Positions 10,749 through 20,610 of a DNA stretch of 64,000 nucleotides are shown one piece after another. The position numbers were made by a program, and so were the translations under genes. The number at the start of each line of letters is the position of its first letter. Position 1 is the stretch's first letter. Source of the stretch: an uncultured Bacteroidales bacterium (GTDB taxonomy: Bacteria; Bacteroidota; Bacteroidia; Bacteroidales; UBA932); assembly GCA_944323245.1 (NCBI GenBank), contig CALURT010000013.1:274-64273 (forward strand), in the 5' to 3' direction. The notes under the pieces are model-generated. The model was not told where the DNA came from. It was given only the letters and a program-made list of their open reading frames with translations, and made no database searches.

Positions 10749-12419
10749 TCAGAACTTGAAAGAATCCTTCAATGAAGTGGTCTTGTTGAATACGTAATGT
10801 TCTTCCGTAGAGTCCGGATCCTTGAAGAAATACCCCACTCTCTCGAACTGCACGGCTATTCCAGACCTGTCCTCAAGCAAAGCAGGCTCGCAATAACCGG
10901 TCGCCGTCTTCAGGGAATCCGGATTCAGATAATTCTTGTAGTCCTCACCCTCCGGAATGGAGCCCATCTCGGCTTCAGTGAAGAGTTTGTCGTACAGTCT
11001 GAGTTCGATTTCCTTGCAGAAATCAGCAGATACCCAGTGAATCGTGCCTTTCACGGAACGCCACTCGCCCGCTCCCGGCTTGGTCGAAGGATCGTACGTA
11101 CATCTGATTTCGACGATATTGCCGGCTTCATCCTTTACGACTTCGTTGCATTTGACGATGTAGGTGTATTTCAGACGCACTTCACCGTCCGGTTTGAGCC
11201 TGAAATATTTTTTAGGAGGCTCTTCCATGAAATCCGCCCTTTCTATTAGGATTTCTCCGGTGAACGGCACCTTGCGGGACGGGCCGTCAGGTGCGGCAGG
11301 ATTCAGCGGAGCGTCGAACCATTCGACCTTGCCCTTTTCCCAGTTCGTGATCACGAGCCTTACAGGGTCCTGAACTGTCATGTACCTGTTTGAACGTTCG
11401 TTCAGGTCCTGACGCACACACCATTCCATGAGCTGGAGGTCTATGAGCTGTTCCCTCTTGGCCACGCCCACCTTTTCGGCGAACATCCTTATGGATTCAG
11501 GGGTATATCCGCGCCTCCTTATACCGCAGATGGTAGGCATGCGTGGGTCGTCCCAACCGCTCACATAATGGTTTTTCACCAATTCGAGGAGTTTCCTCTT
11601 GCTCATCACGGTATAGGTAAGGTTCAGCCTTGCGAATTCGTACTGATGTGACGGGAAGATACCGAGTTTCTCGATGAACCAGTCGTACAGCGGCCTGTGC
11701 ACATCGAATTCGAGTGTGCAAATCGAATGCGTTATGTGCTCTATGCTGTCGCATTCACCGTGGGCGAAATCGTACATCGGATAAATGCACCATTTGTCGC
11801 CTGTCCTGTGGTGATGTGCATGTATAATCCTGTACATCAGCGGGTCACGCAGCAGCATGTTCGGATGAGACATGTCTATCTTGGCACGGAGGACCTTCTC
11901 GCCGTCGGCATATTTGCCGGCTTTCATTTCCCTGAAAAGCCTGAGATTTTCCTCCACGGACCTGTCACGGTATGGGCTGTTCACACCAGGAGTCTGTACC
12001 GTACCCCTGCCAAGCCTTATTTCTTCCTGAGTCTGGTCGTCGACATAGGCCAATCCTTTCTTTATCAACTCTTCGGCCCATTCGTATAGCTGGTCGAAAT
12101 AATCCGAGGCATATCTTTCGTTTTCCCACTCGAATCCGAGCCAGCGTATGTCCTCCTTGATGGAATCGACGTATTCCGTATCCTCCTTGACCGGATTGGT
12201 ATCGTCGAACCTGAGATTGGTCTTGCCGCCGTATTTCTTTGCAAGTCCGAAGTTCAGGCAGATACTTTTGGCGTGACCTATATGAAGATAGCCGTTAGGT
12301 TCCGGAGGGAAGCGTGTCATGATGCTTTCGCACTTGCCGGAAGCCAGGTCCGACTCTATGATTTCTTCGAGAAAATTGAGATTTTTCGTCGTAGCGACGT
12401 CTTTGACTGTTTCTTCCAT
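10749..12419 (-). CDS. glnS: Glutamine--tRNA ligase
   Basis: RFPPEPNGYLHIGH (HIGH), FDDTNP, MSKR, QFERVGYF. Confidence 0.95.
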   Translation of the reverse strand: MEETVKDVATTKNLNFLEEIIESDLASGKCESIMTRFPPEPNGYLHIGHAKSICLNFGLAKKYGGKTNLRFDDTNPVKEDTEYVDSIKEDIRWLGFEWENERYASDYFDQLYEWAEELIKKGLAYVDDQTQEEIRLGRGTVQTPGVNSPYRDRSVEENLRLFREMKAGKYADGEKVLRAKIDMSHPNMLLRDPLMYRIIHAHHHRTGDKWCIYPMYDFAHGECDSIEHITHSICTLEFDVHRPLYDWFIEKLGIFPSHQYEFARLNLTYTVMSKRKLLELVKNHYVSGWDDPRMPTICGIRRRGYTPESIRMFAEKVGVAKREQLIDLQLMEWCVRQDLNERSNRYMTVQDPVRLVITNWEKGKVEWFDAPLNPAAPDGPSRKVPFTGEILIERADFMEEPPKKYFRLKPDGEVRLKYTYIVKCNEVVKDEAGNIVEIRCTYDPSTKPGAGEWRSVKGTIHWVSADFCKEIELRLYDKLFTEAEMGSIPEGEDYKNYLNPDSLKTATGYCEPALLEDRSGIAVQFERVGYFFKDPDSTEEHYVFNKTTSLKDSFKF

Positions 12420-12506
12420 ATCGAATGTTTTATCATAAACAGAATATCATGCAAATTTACGGATAAATTTAGTATTTTTGTGTTCTTATACGAAAATTTT
12501 TGAAAG

Positions 12507-13403
12507 ATGATACTATCCATGACCGGCTACGGAAAAGCCGAGACCAATATCCCGGGCGGCAAAATCACCGTCGAAATCAAATCCCTCAACGGGAAAAACG
12601 CCGACATCAGCATCAAGACGACCCTTCTTCCGAAAGACAGGGAACTGAATGTGCGCCAGTATATCGCTCAGAAACTGTACAGGGGCAACATAGACTTCTT
12701 CATGACTTTCGAACCGAATGCCGCCGAGGACGCCAAGGAAATAGACGCGGAAACGGCATTGGCCTACTATCGACAGATACACAATATAAATTCTCTGATA
12801 GACAATGAATTTCCCGGAGAAGGGAATATAGACGCCCGGCACATCCTTTCCACAATCCTGAGATTCCCCGACGTGATGGACAGCGGGAAAAAGCAGGACA
12901 TAATAGACGATGAAAACTGGCCGGAAGTCTTCGGATGTATAAGCCGGGCAGTGGACAACCTGTGCGCATACAGGGAGGAGGAGGGGAAATCCCTGCTTGC
13001 CGACGTGTCTGCAAAGGTGGCCAACATCGTGAATTTCATTCCTGAAATCGAAGCATTGGAGGGAGAAAGGGTTACGGCAGTCAAGGAAAAGATAAATTCC
13101 AGATTGTCCGAGCTTGCCGTTGCCCCGAATCCGGAAAGGTTGGAACAGGAAATGATTTTCTATCTTGAGAAATTGGACATCAACGAAGAAAAGGTCCGCC
13201 TGCGCCAGCATTGCAAATATTTCATGGAAATCGTCGAATCCGACCCGTATCCGGGCAAGAAATTGGGTTTCATAGCCCAGGAAATGGGACGAGAAATCAA
13301 TACCACCGGCTCCAAGGCCAACCACAGCGGCATACAGAAAATCGTCGTCCGCATGAAGGACGAACTTGAAAAGATCAAGGAGCAGACTCTAAACATCCTC
13401 TAA
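12507..13403 (+). CDS. yicC: YicC/YloC family endoribonuclease
   Basis: SMTGYGK, EIKSLN, GKKLGFIAQEMGREINTTGSKAN. Confidence 0.9.
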   Translation: MILSMTGYGKAETNIPGGKITVEIKSLNGKNADISIKTTLLPKDRELNVRQYIAQKLYRGNIDFFMTFEPNAAEDAKEIDAETALAYYRQIHNINSLIDNEFPGEGNIDARHILSTILRFPDVMDSGKKQDIIDDENWPEVFGCISRAVDNLCAYREEEGKSLLADVSAKVANIVNFIPEIEALEGERVTAVKEKINSRLSELAVAPNPERLEQEMIFYLEKLDINEEKVRLRQHCKYFMEIVESDPYPGKKLGFIAQEMGREINTTGSKANHSGIQKIVVRMKDELEKIKEQTLNIL

Positions 13404-13525
13404 CCGGAGCGTTAAAATAAGGCATCTGCTGCGTTGCGCTCAGTCCGGCAATCCTCACATACACCAGTATGCTGCGGTTGCCGCACTTTCGTGCGCCTTG
13501 CATCTGCCTCATTTTAACGCTCCGG
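13404..13525. repeat. REP-like palindromic intergenic element
   Basis: Perfect 15-bp terminal inverted repeat CCGGAGCGTTAAAAT (13404-13418 / 13511-13525) with nested internal hairpins; core related to elements at 55454-55828. Confidence 0.8.
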
Positions 13526-16327
13526 CGGAGTGGGAAGTTGGCGAAGAAAAAACGTATAGGTGCCCTTCACAGGGGCGTTTTTCTTCGAGACGAACGAAAT
13601 GCGGCGCAGGCTGTCGCCCCAGACGTTGCTTATCCTCGGATCATCGAGTTTCCTGACTTCGACCGAAGGTTCGAGCGATGACGGGTATTTCAGCGAAAAT
13701 ACCCCCGCCTCCGTCAAAACGGCCATTGTCCCTTTGCCTACAGTGTGCAAGGAACCGTCAGCATCCGTATAACCTTCGCCCGGAAGCCGCACTTCTCCGA
13801 CGACCATGAAATTGACCGTGTCCGCGGCAACCCTTTTGTCGAGACTGAAGGCATCGGTGATTTTCAGGGAATTTTTCCCGAGCGAGTAGGACCTCGTCCA
13901 TGAGCGGCAAGAGGCATTCGGGCCATATGCACCCGAGATGTCTGCGCTGAACGTCATTCTATCCGGATTACACGATACGTTTTCCGCCCTGAATTCAGGT
14001 CCGGCTATCTGGGATGCCCCGTTTATCATCGGCAGGTTGTGCCAGTCGCTCTGCATCGACCATATCGTGTATCTTTCGTAACTGAAAGTCTTTTTCGTGT
14101 AAGTCCCTACCCCGGCGTCAACGAATACCGGAACATTGTCTGCATAAAGGACAAATGTGCCGACATCGTTGTGGTTGTGGCTTTCATTGTTGTGCCCGCC
14201 CTTGGCCGCAAAAAACCATCCTGAGACATTGCGGAAATAGCAGAACTGGGTTTCCCCGTACCATGTGTTGGCCGGGACTTCAGCCCGCAATGAAGCGAGC
14301 ACTTCAGGGAGTCCGTTCCGGGAAGCAAGCTGCCTCAGGGAATCTGCGGCATAGGTCATTTCCCCGCAATATCTGACAGATTCAAGGAAACGGTAGGCAT
14401 CATGTCCCACTGTCAGCGGCATCCTGTTCTTCGGAGCCCGAAGCATCAGATAAAGTGCGAAATCCTTCATCTCGTCACTGCCTGTGGCTTTCCCGAATCT
14501 GTAAACCAACGGAAAATCCGGAGACAGCACTGCCGTGGCATCCGCAAAATTGACCACATAGTCATCGCCTATGTACGAACGGGAAATGTATTCTCCCATC
14601 CTTTTTACGGTCTCATTGTCGAAAAACGAAAGTTTTCCGCCTGAGGCATCATATATTATCTGAAGATAATCATACAGTTTGCCTGCCGCATGGCCCCAAT
14701 AGGACGGACCTTCCTCGCAGGCCCCGTCGCTCTTTACAAAGCCGATGAACCTGTCCACGGACTCTGCCGACATTCGCATGGCACGGGCCAACCTGTCATG
14801 GTCCTTTTCCATCAGGAGAAAGCACAGGATAACGTTCGAGTTGCACCATGGATTCCAATTGTTGACAACGGCTCCCGGAGCGAGACCTTCAGCCATCCAC
14901 CAGTTCGCCTTCCTTACGGACAAGTCGAAATAAGGGTCGAGAATCTTCTCCTTTACCGCCTGCTCCACGCAATAGTTTACCGACGGATCGATCTTATCAA
15001 TCTCGTCAGCGAAAAAGTGCCAGGCGACAGCCATCAAGGCCCCGTAGCCTCCCGAGCCGAGGTCTATTATCTGTTCCCGGGGATCGGGAAGTGACCGTCC
15101 TGAATGTTGGCGGGGATTATGGGCTGAAAGGACCCACGACGGCATGGACGCACTGAACCACAGTCCGTTCACGATATCATCCATGAATCTTCCCTCACCT
15201 TCGGCCAATTCCGCCATCATGAAAAGTGCAAGGGCCTTGCGGTTCCTGTCATAAGGTTTTTCCATTACGGTACGCTCACCAGTCCTCTCGTATTCCAAAT
15301 ATGCTGTAGCAGGGATGTTCTCCCATTTATAACCGAGATTTTTCTCAGCCATCGAAATTATCCTGCCGCCGTATCCGCCGAAAATGGCGTTCCACGCTTC
15401 CCTGTCTTCATAATCAGGATACGGGAACCAGTCGCCGCCCGTCGTGAAAAGCGTGTCGGCGTCCAATCTGTCGTATTCCGATGCTATCAGATGCTCTTTC
15501 TGCAGGTTTTCCGTATAAATATCCGCCTGGCCTATGTTCAGTCCCCAAAGGCCGTCTGTAACCACAGGGATTTTCCGTCCCGTCCTGTCGGTTATGTACT
15601 CGGGCTTTTCGAGAAAGGTATGGGAATGGCCGCCGATGACCATGTCCACGTTCTCTATCTGTGGCACGAGGACCCTGTCGGTATAGACTTCCTTTTCGAT
15701 TCCGAGGTGGGAAAGGCATATAACCATGTCGCAGTTTCTTTCCTCCTTGAGGTATTTCGCATACCTGTTGGTGACTTCGGCGGGGTCAAGGTACCTGATT
15801 CTGTCTGCAATCTCCCTGTCCACCACCACTGTCAGGTCGGTAAGCAGACCTATGAAGCCTATTTTCAGCCCGCCTCTATACAATATGGTATAAGGTTTCA
15901 CGACTCCGTCGAGTACGCATTGCGAAAAGTCGTAATTGGAGCATAGAACCGGAAAATCAGCGTTCCTGACCCTGCGGGCAAGTTCTTCAAGACCGTTGTC
16001 GAATTCATGGTTCCCGAGGCATGCCACGTCATAGCGCATTGCGTTCATCACATCGATTTCGATAACGCCGTTCATGAGGGTGAAATACGACGAACCCTGA
16101 CTGAAATCACCTGCGTCGACAAGAAGCACATTGCCTTCACCGGCCGCATTCCTGACACTGTCCACAAAAACAGCCCTTTCCACGACTCCTCCGAGTCCTG
16201 CATCCTTTCCGGAACGCACCGGTTCGATGTGGCTGTGGGTGTCGTTGGTGTGAAGTATCACCAGATTCTGCCCGTAGGCAAAAAAACACGGCAGCAGGAC
16301 CGCTGCGACCAATAGTAGCTTCCTCAT
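13514..16327 (-). CDS. Fusion of 5'-nucleotidase-type metallophosphoesterase (aa 1-270) and heparinase II/III-like polysaccharide lyase (aa 271-937)
   Basis: N-part: HTNDTH, DAGD, GNHE, GGHSH. C-part: NNWNPWC, GACEEGPSYW, ESHNHND, YHN-like WHNLP. One open frame. Confidence 0.8.
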   Translation of the reverse strand: MRKLLLVAAVLLPCFFAYGQNLVILHTNDTHSHIEPVRSGKDAGLGGVVERAVFVDSVRNAAGEGNVLLVDAGDFSQGSSYFTLMNGVIEIDVMNAMRYDVACLGNHEFDNGLEELARRVRNADFPVLCSNYDFSQCVLDGVVKPYTILYRGGLKIGFIGLLTDLTVVVDREIADRIRYLDPAEVTNRYAKYLKEERNCDMVICLSHLGIEKEVYTDRVLVPQIENVDMVIGGHSHTFLEKPEYITDRTGRKIPVVTDGLWGLNIGQADIYTENLQKEHLIASEYDRLDADTLFTTGGDWFPYPDYEDREAWNAIFGGYGGRIISMAEKNLGYKWENIPATAYLEYERTGERTVMEKPYDRNRKALALFMMAELAEGEGRFMDDIVNGLWFSASMPSWVLSAHNPRQHSGRSLPDPREQIIDLGSGGYGALMAVAWHFFADEIDKIDPSVNYCVEQAVKEKILDPYFDLSVRKANWWMAEGLAPGAVVNNWNPWCNSNVILCFLLMEKDHDRLARAMRMSAESVDRFIGFVKSDGACEEGPSYWGHAAGKLYDYLQIIYDASGGKLSFFDNETVKRMGEYISRSYIGDDYVVNFADATAVLSPDFPLVYRFGKATGSDEMKDFALYLMLRAPKNRMPLTVGHDAYRFLESVRYCGEMTYAADSLRQLASRNGLPEVLASLRAEVPANTWYGETQFCYFRNVSGWFFAAKGGHNNESHNHNDVGTFVLYADNVPVFVDAGVGTYTKKTFSYERYTIWSMQSDWHNLPMINGASQIAGPEFRAENVSCNPDRMTFSADISGAYGPNASCRSWTRSYSLGKNSLKITDAFSLDKRVAADTVNFMVVGEVRLPGEGYTDADGSLHTVGKGTMAVLTEAGVFSLKYPSSLEPSVEVRKLDDPRISNVWGDSLRRISFVSKKNAPVKGTYTFFLRQLPTPPER

Positions 16328-16338
16328 AAAAGAACTGT

Positions 16339-17175
16339 TTACAAAATTACGACTCTTCCGTCCTTATGGTAGGTTATAGGTCTCCCTTCCCGGGTTTCCT
16401 CCTCGACATACTCGAGCATGACATCCTTGATGTCCACCTGGAAAATCTTCATATTCTCCGCATTTCTTGCGAGATAGAGATTGTCTCCCCCGTTGAGAAG
16501 GAAGGAAATCGTAGCGACTCCGTACATTTCATCCTCCTCCACTGGCTCATCGCCTATCATTACCGACTTCAGAGCCCCGTTTTCCGCCACTATCCTGACA
16601 CCTCCGAGTATCTGGAACTCCGTCCTTGCCATTCCCGAAAAGATTTCCATGAGGTCATGACCGCTCAATTCCAGATAGACAAGCGTATTCCTGAACGGAA
16701 ACATGGACAGTATGTCGTCGAGAAGAATGTCTCCCTCCGGCATGTCTATCCTGAGGCCCCCGAAATTGGTAATGCCTACATCGACATCCTCATCTGAAAG
16801 TTCCTCCACGCTCTCCATGATCACATCCACGAAAAGATTGGATATCCCGCTTTCCGGATATTCACGCGGCATGGCTTCAGGGGAATACCCCACCACCTGC
16901 TTCACATCCTTCATTACCGGCTGGGCGGCCAATACTATTGCTGCGACCGAAGGTGCCGTCCCGCCCTTGAATATTCTTCCGTCGGGAGCGAAATAGACGC
17001 TGTCCCGGACTTCGCCGATGGCTTCAGCGATATTGTCCGCACTTGCCGAAACACAGCCGGTCCTTGAACCGTCAATCGCATGTTTCGACCATTGCAGCCT
17101 GAAATCGCCGGCAGCCGCAGAAACTGCGGCTGCAACAAGAAGAAAGGTGACGATGCCTATTTTTGCTTTAACCAT
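16339..17175 (-). CDS. 5'-nucleotidase C-terminal (substrate-binding) domain protein
   Basis: ESGISNLFVD, NFGGLR, MFPFRNTL, YGVATISFL; signal peptide. Confidence 0.8.
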   Translation of the reverse strand: MVKAKIGIVTFLLVAAAVSAAAGDFRLQWSKHAIDGSRTGCVSASADNIAEAIGEVRDSVYFAPDGRIFKGGTAPSVAAIVLAAQPVMKDVKQVVGYSPEAMPREYPESGISNLFVDVIMESVEELSDEDVDVGITNFGGLRIDMPEGDILLDDILSMFPFRNTLVYLELSGHDLMEIFSGMARTEFQILGGVRIVAENGALKSVMIGDEPVEEDEMYGVATISFLLNGGDNLYLARNAENMKIFQVDIKDVMLEYVEEETREGRPITYHKDGRVVIL

Positions 17176-18548
17176 TTATACAGATCTTTGAATGTGGTTT
17201 TCTTGCCGAACATCAGGATTCCCACCCTGTAAATCTTGGCTGAAATATATGCCATCAGCACGAAAGTCAGCAGGAGCAGGCCTATCGAAAGGGCGATTTC
17301 CCATGTCGGGACACCGAAAGGTATGCGGGCAAGCATCACGATAGGTGACGTAAACGGTATTATCGAGCCCCAGAAGACCACCTGGCTGTCAGGCGCCCTG
17401 AAAGCGTAGAACGCCAAGAAGAAAGCTATGAGAAGCGGAATGGTCACCGGCATCTGCAGCTGCTGTGTGTCCGCCTCGTTTTCCACTGCCGAGCCTATTG
17501 CTGCGAACAGAGAGGCATAAAGCAGGTAACCCAATACGAAATATACTATGAATGAAAGTATTATCTGACCGTAATTCAGGTCCATGAGGGTTGTAAGCAC
17601 GGCAGACATTTCATTGTCTGCAGCATTCGCCGCAATGTCAGTCGTAGCGGTAAGTCCGGCAGCATCCATCGCCGCAGAATCCACGCCAAGGCCCTCTGCC
17701 ATCGTATTCATCTGCTCGGTCTGCACCGTAGCCGAGGACATCATGGTATCCATGCCTACCAACGAACCGATACCTGCCACAAGTATTACCGTAAGGACAA
17801 TCCACAGGAAGAACTGCGTAAGTGCCACGGCTGCCACTCCGATGATCTTGCCGAACATGAGTTCGAGGGAATTGACGGAGGAAACAAGGACTTCCACCAC
17901 CCTGCTTGACTTCTCCTCGATGACGCTCTGCATCACCATGGCCGAGAACATCGCTATGAACATGTAGATTATCACGGAAAGGATGAGGGACACGAACATG
18001 TAGACTTCGGACGAGGATATCTTCTCTTCCCCGCTGTCATCCATGGTGTAGGTTGAGACCGGTATGTCGGCCTTGACATCCTCCATTATCTGCTTCAGGT
18101 CCTTGATATTGTATGAGGCGAGCCTGTATTCCTCGATGGCATTGTTCACGTTCCTGCCTATGGCTTCCTTCATGTCCATGCTGAGAGGTTTGCCGGAATA
18201 TGCCGATACGGAAACCGTCTTGGCAACCGTATCCATCGGAGAAATGAGCACGAGGGCATCGAGTCCGAGAGACGCATAATTGTTTTTCAGGCTGTCCAAT
18301 GACTGCCCCGAATAATCCTCGTAAACGAATTGTTCGGTATCTGTCATGTACGGCATCACAATGCCCGATTCATCCATGACGCCTATTTTCTTGCCCTTGT
18401 CCTCCGCCATGAACATTATCACGCTCGGCAGGATGCACAGCGCAGCGAAGAAAATCGGACCGAGAAAAGTCGTCAGAAGAAATGACTTTTTCTTTACTCT
18501 TGTAAGGTATTCCCTTGAAATTATGACGTTTACAGTGCGAAAATTCAT
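17157..18548 (-). CDS. ABC-2 type transporter permease (NatB-like)
   Basis: REYLTRVKKKSF, VIEEKSSRVVEVL, GKIIG, IPFTSP. Confidence 0.85.
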   Translation of the reverse strand: MNFRTVNVIISREYLTRVKKKSFLLTTFLGPIFFAALCILPSVIMFMAEDKGKKIGVMDESGIVMPYMTDTEQFVYEDYSGQSLDSLKNNYASLGLDALVLISPMDTVAKTVSVSAYSGKPLSMDMKEAIGRNVNNAIEEYRLASYNIKDLKQIMEDVKADIPVSTYTMDDSGEEKISSSEVYMFVSLILSVIIYMFIAMFSAMVMQSVIEEKSSRVVEVLVSSVNSLELMFGKIIGVAAVALTQFFLWIVLTVILVAGIGSLVGMDTMMSSATVQTEQMNTMAEGLGVDSAAMDAAGLTATTDIAANAADNEMSAVLTTLMDLNYGQIILSFIVYFVLGYLLYASLFAAIGSAVENEADTQQLQMPVTIPLLIAFFLAFYAFRAPDSQVVFWGSIIPFTSPIVMLARIPFGVPTWEIALSIGLLLLTFVLMAYISAKIYRVGILMFGKKTTFKDLYKWLKQK

Positions 18549-18551
18549 AGA

Positions 18552-19460
18552 TTATTCCTCCTCAGTTACCAATTTGATGAAAATATCGTTCATTCTCGGG
18601 ACAAGTTCCCTGTAGGAATTTACGGAAACCGGCAGTGCCGCAATCGCCTTCAGTACGTCCGACGACGGGGCCTCCAATGCCAGTACCGCCGTATGCCGTC
18701 CCGTATCCTCCGAGTCCGAAAGGACCTTGAACAGAGCCGGAACGGACTGTATCGCCGTATCGGAAGTATATATCAGTTCCACGTTGTTGCTTCCGTATTT
18801 GTGACGTATTTCGTTCACGCCTCCGGTAATCACCACATGCGACTTGTTTATGAGGGCTATGTTGTCGCAGAGTTCTTCCACGGATTCCATGTTGTGGGTG
18901 GAAAGGACTATAGTCGCCCCTTCGTCCTTCAGCCTCAGGATTTCTTCCCTTATGATCTTGGTATTGACAGGGTCGAAGCCCGAAAACGGCTCGTCGAGAA
19001 TCAGCAGCGACGGTTTGTGTACCACTGTCGTGATGAACTGGACTTTCTGGGCCATACCCTTGGAAAGTTCCTCGACCTTCTTGTTCCACCAGCTTTCGAT
19101 GCCGAAACGCACGAACCATTGTTTGAGTTCCGATGCGGCATCCCGGGAGCTCATGCCTTTCAGCCTTGCGAAATACATGGCCTGGTCTCCCACCTTCATT
19201 TTCCGGTACAGCCCCCTTTCCTCCGGAAGGTAGCCTATCTTGCGGACATCGTCGTTGGTTATGGGACGTCCGTCGAAAAGTACGGTCCCCTCGTTAGGAA
19301 TCGTAATCCTGTTGATTATCCTTATAAGCGTGGTCTTGCCGGCACCGTTCGGACCGAGAAGACCGAAAATCTTCCCTTTGGGGATTTCAAGGGAGACATG
19401 GTCGAGCGCAACTTTCTCGCCGAAACGCTTGCTCACATCAATGCATTGTATCATTCCCAT
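18552..19460 (-). CDS. ABC transporter ATP-binding protein (NatA-like)
   Basis: GPNGAGKT, LSKGMAQK, LILDEPFSGFD, STH. Confidence 0.9.
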   Translation of the reverse strand: MGMIQCIDVSKRFGEKVALDHVSLEIPKGKIFGLLGPNGAGKTTLIRIINRITIPNEGTVLFDGRPITNDDVRKIGYLPEERGLYRKMKVGDQAMYFARLKGMSSRDAASELKQWFVRFGIESWWNKKVEELSKGMAQKVQFITTVVHKPSLLILDEPFSGFDPVNTKIIREEILRLKDEGATIVLSTHNMESVEELCDNIALINKSHVVITGGVNEIRHKYGSNNVELIYTSDTAIQSVPALFKVLSDSEDTGRHTAVLALEAPSSDVLKAIAALPVSVNSYRELVPRMNDIFIKLVTEEE

Positions 19461-19478
19461 TATATTCAGATAGTTAAG

Positions 19479-20519
19479 TTAAATATTCAGTATTTTCGCC
19501 GTAAGCTCCATAAGGAGTTCCGACTGTCCGGCTTCCCCGGAATTCCCTCCCTTGCCCTTGAAATCGTATTCCTTGAGCAGGGAAATTACCGCCATGCATT
19601 TCCTGCAGGGATAATTGGCCGCCGCACTGTCGTATTCCTTCAGGAAAAACGGATTCACCCCGAGCACCCTTGCCCGTACATCGTTGCCGGCTCCGGGATT
19701 TTTCATGGTGAAAGCCTCGTATTTCAATATCCTGTAAAAATGGGTGAACAGCGGGGCGGTAGCCGTCAGAAGCATGAACCGCGGAGCCGATCCTATATAT
19801 GCGGCTATTTTCAGAGCCTTGGCGGCATTCCTGTATGAAAGTTCCTTCGTAAATTCGAATATGCTGTACTGCCTGCTTATGCCGATGTTCTCTTCTATGT
19901 CTCCGACGGTGATTTCCGTACGGGATTCGGGCAGGTTCTTCCTCATTTTCTCCGTTTCCACGGCTATCTTGTTCAGGTCGGTCCCCGCATGTTCGGCGAG
20001 CAGTACCGCCGCCTCCGGAGAAATTTTCAGTCCTTGTCCGGCATAGAACGATGAAATCCACCTGTTTATCTCATAATCCCTCACGGGTAGGGACTCCACG
20101 ACAATTCCGTTTTTGGCGACAGCCTTGTACAGGGACTTCCTCTTGTCCACAGACGCACCGTGCAATGCTATCACGAGAACAGTCGACGGAATCGGATTCG
20201 TGCAATAAGCGGCGAGGCCTTCGATGTTTTTCATGGCCTGCGCCTCCTTTACCACCACCAACTGCCTGTCTGCGAATACGGGATAACGCATTGCCGCCGT
20301 GACTACCTTGTCCGTCTCGGCGTCAGTACCGTAGAAAACCGTCTGGTTGAAATCTCGCTGGCTCTCGTCCAATGCGTATTCCATTATGGCGTTGCACACC
20401 ATGTCGGGATAATACGGCTCCTCACCCATAAGCAGGTACACCGGGCTGAAGACACCTCTGCGGGCATCTTCGACGAGTTTCCGGCATTGAGCGTCCGTAT
20501 CTGAAAATCCTTTTGCCAT
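19479..20519 (-). CDS. holA: DNA polymerase III delta subunit
   Basis: PVYLLMGEEPYY, FNQTVFYG, QLVVVKEAQ, IGISRQYSIFE. Confidence 0.88.
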   Translation of the reverse strand: MAKGFSDTDAQCRKLVEDARRGVFSPVYLLMGEEPYYPDMVCNAIMEYALDESQRDFNQTVFYGTDAETDKVVTAAMRYPVFADRQLVVVKEAQAMKNIEGLAAYCTNPIPSTVLVIALHGASVDKRKSLYKAVAKNGIVVESLPVRDYEINRWISSFYAGQGLKISPEAAVLLAEHAGTDLNKIAVETEKMRKNLPESRTEITVGDIEENIGISRQYSIFEFTKELSYRNAAKALKIAAYIGSAPRFMLLTATAPLFTHFYRILKYEAFTMKNPGAGNDVRARVLGVNPFFLKEYDSAAANYPCRKCMAVISLLKEYDFKGKGGNSGEAGQSELLMELTAKILNI

Positions 20520-20610
20520 AGCCCCGCAAAGTTAAAAGAATTATGCGAGTTTGCAACCCGATTGCGTCGAAAACGGAGTAGTTTTGTGTCGGATTTAACA
20601 AAATTGTAAA

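Noticed and set aside
16339-17175. Split 5'-nucleotidase (C-domain gene before N-domain gene) as a novelty
   Set aside because: This split arrangement is usual in Bacteroidales; only the lyase fusion is unusual.
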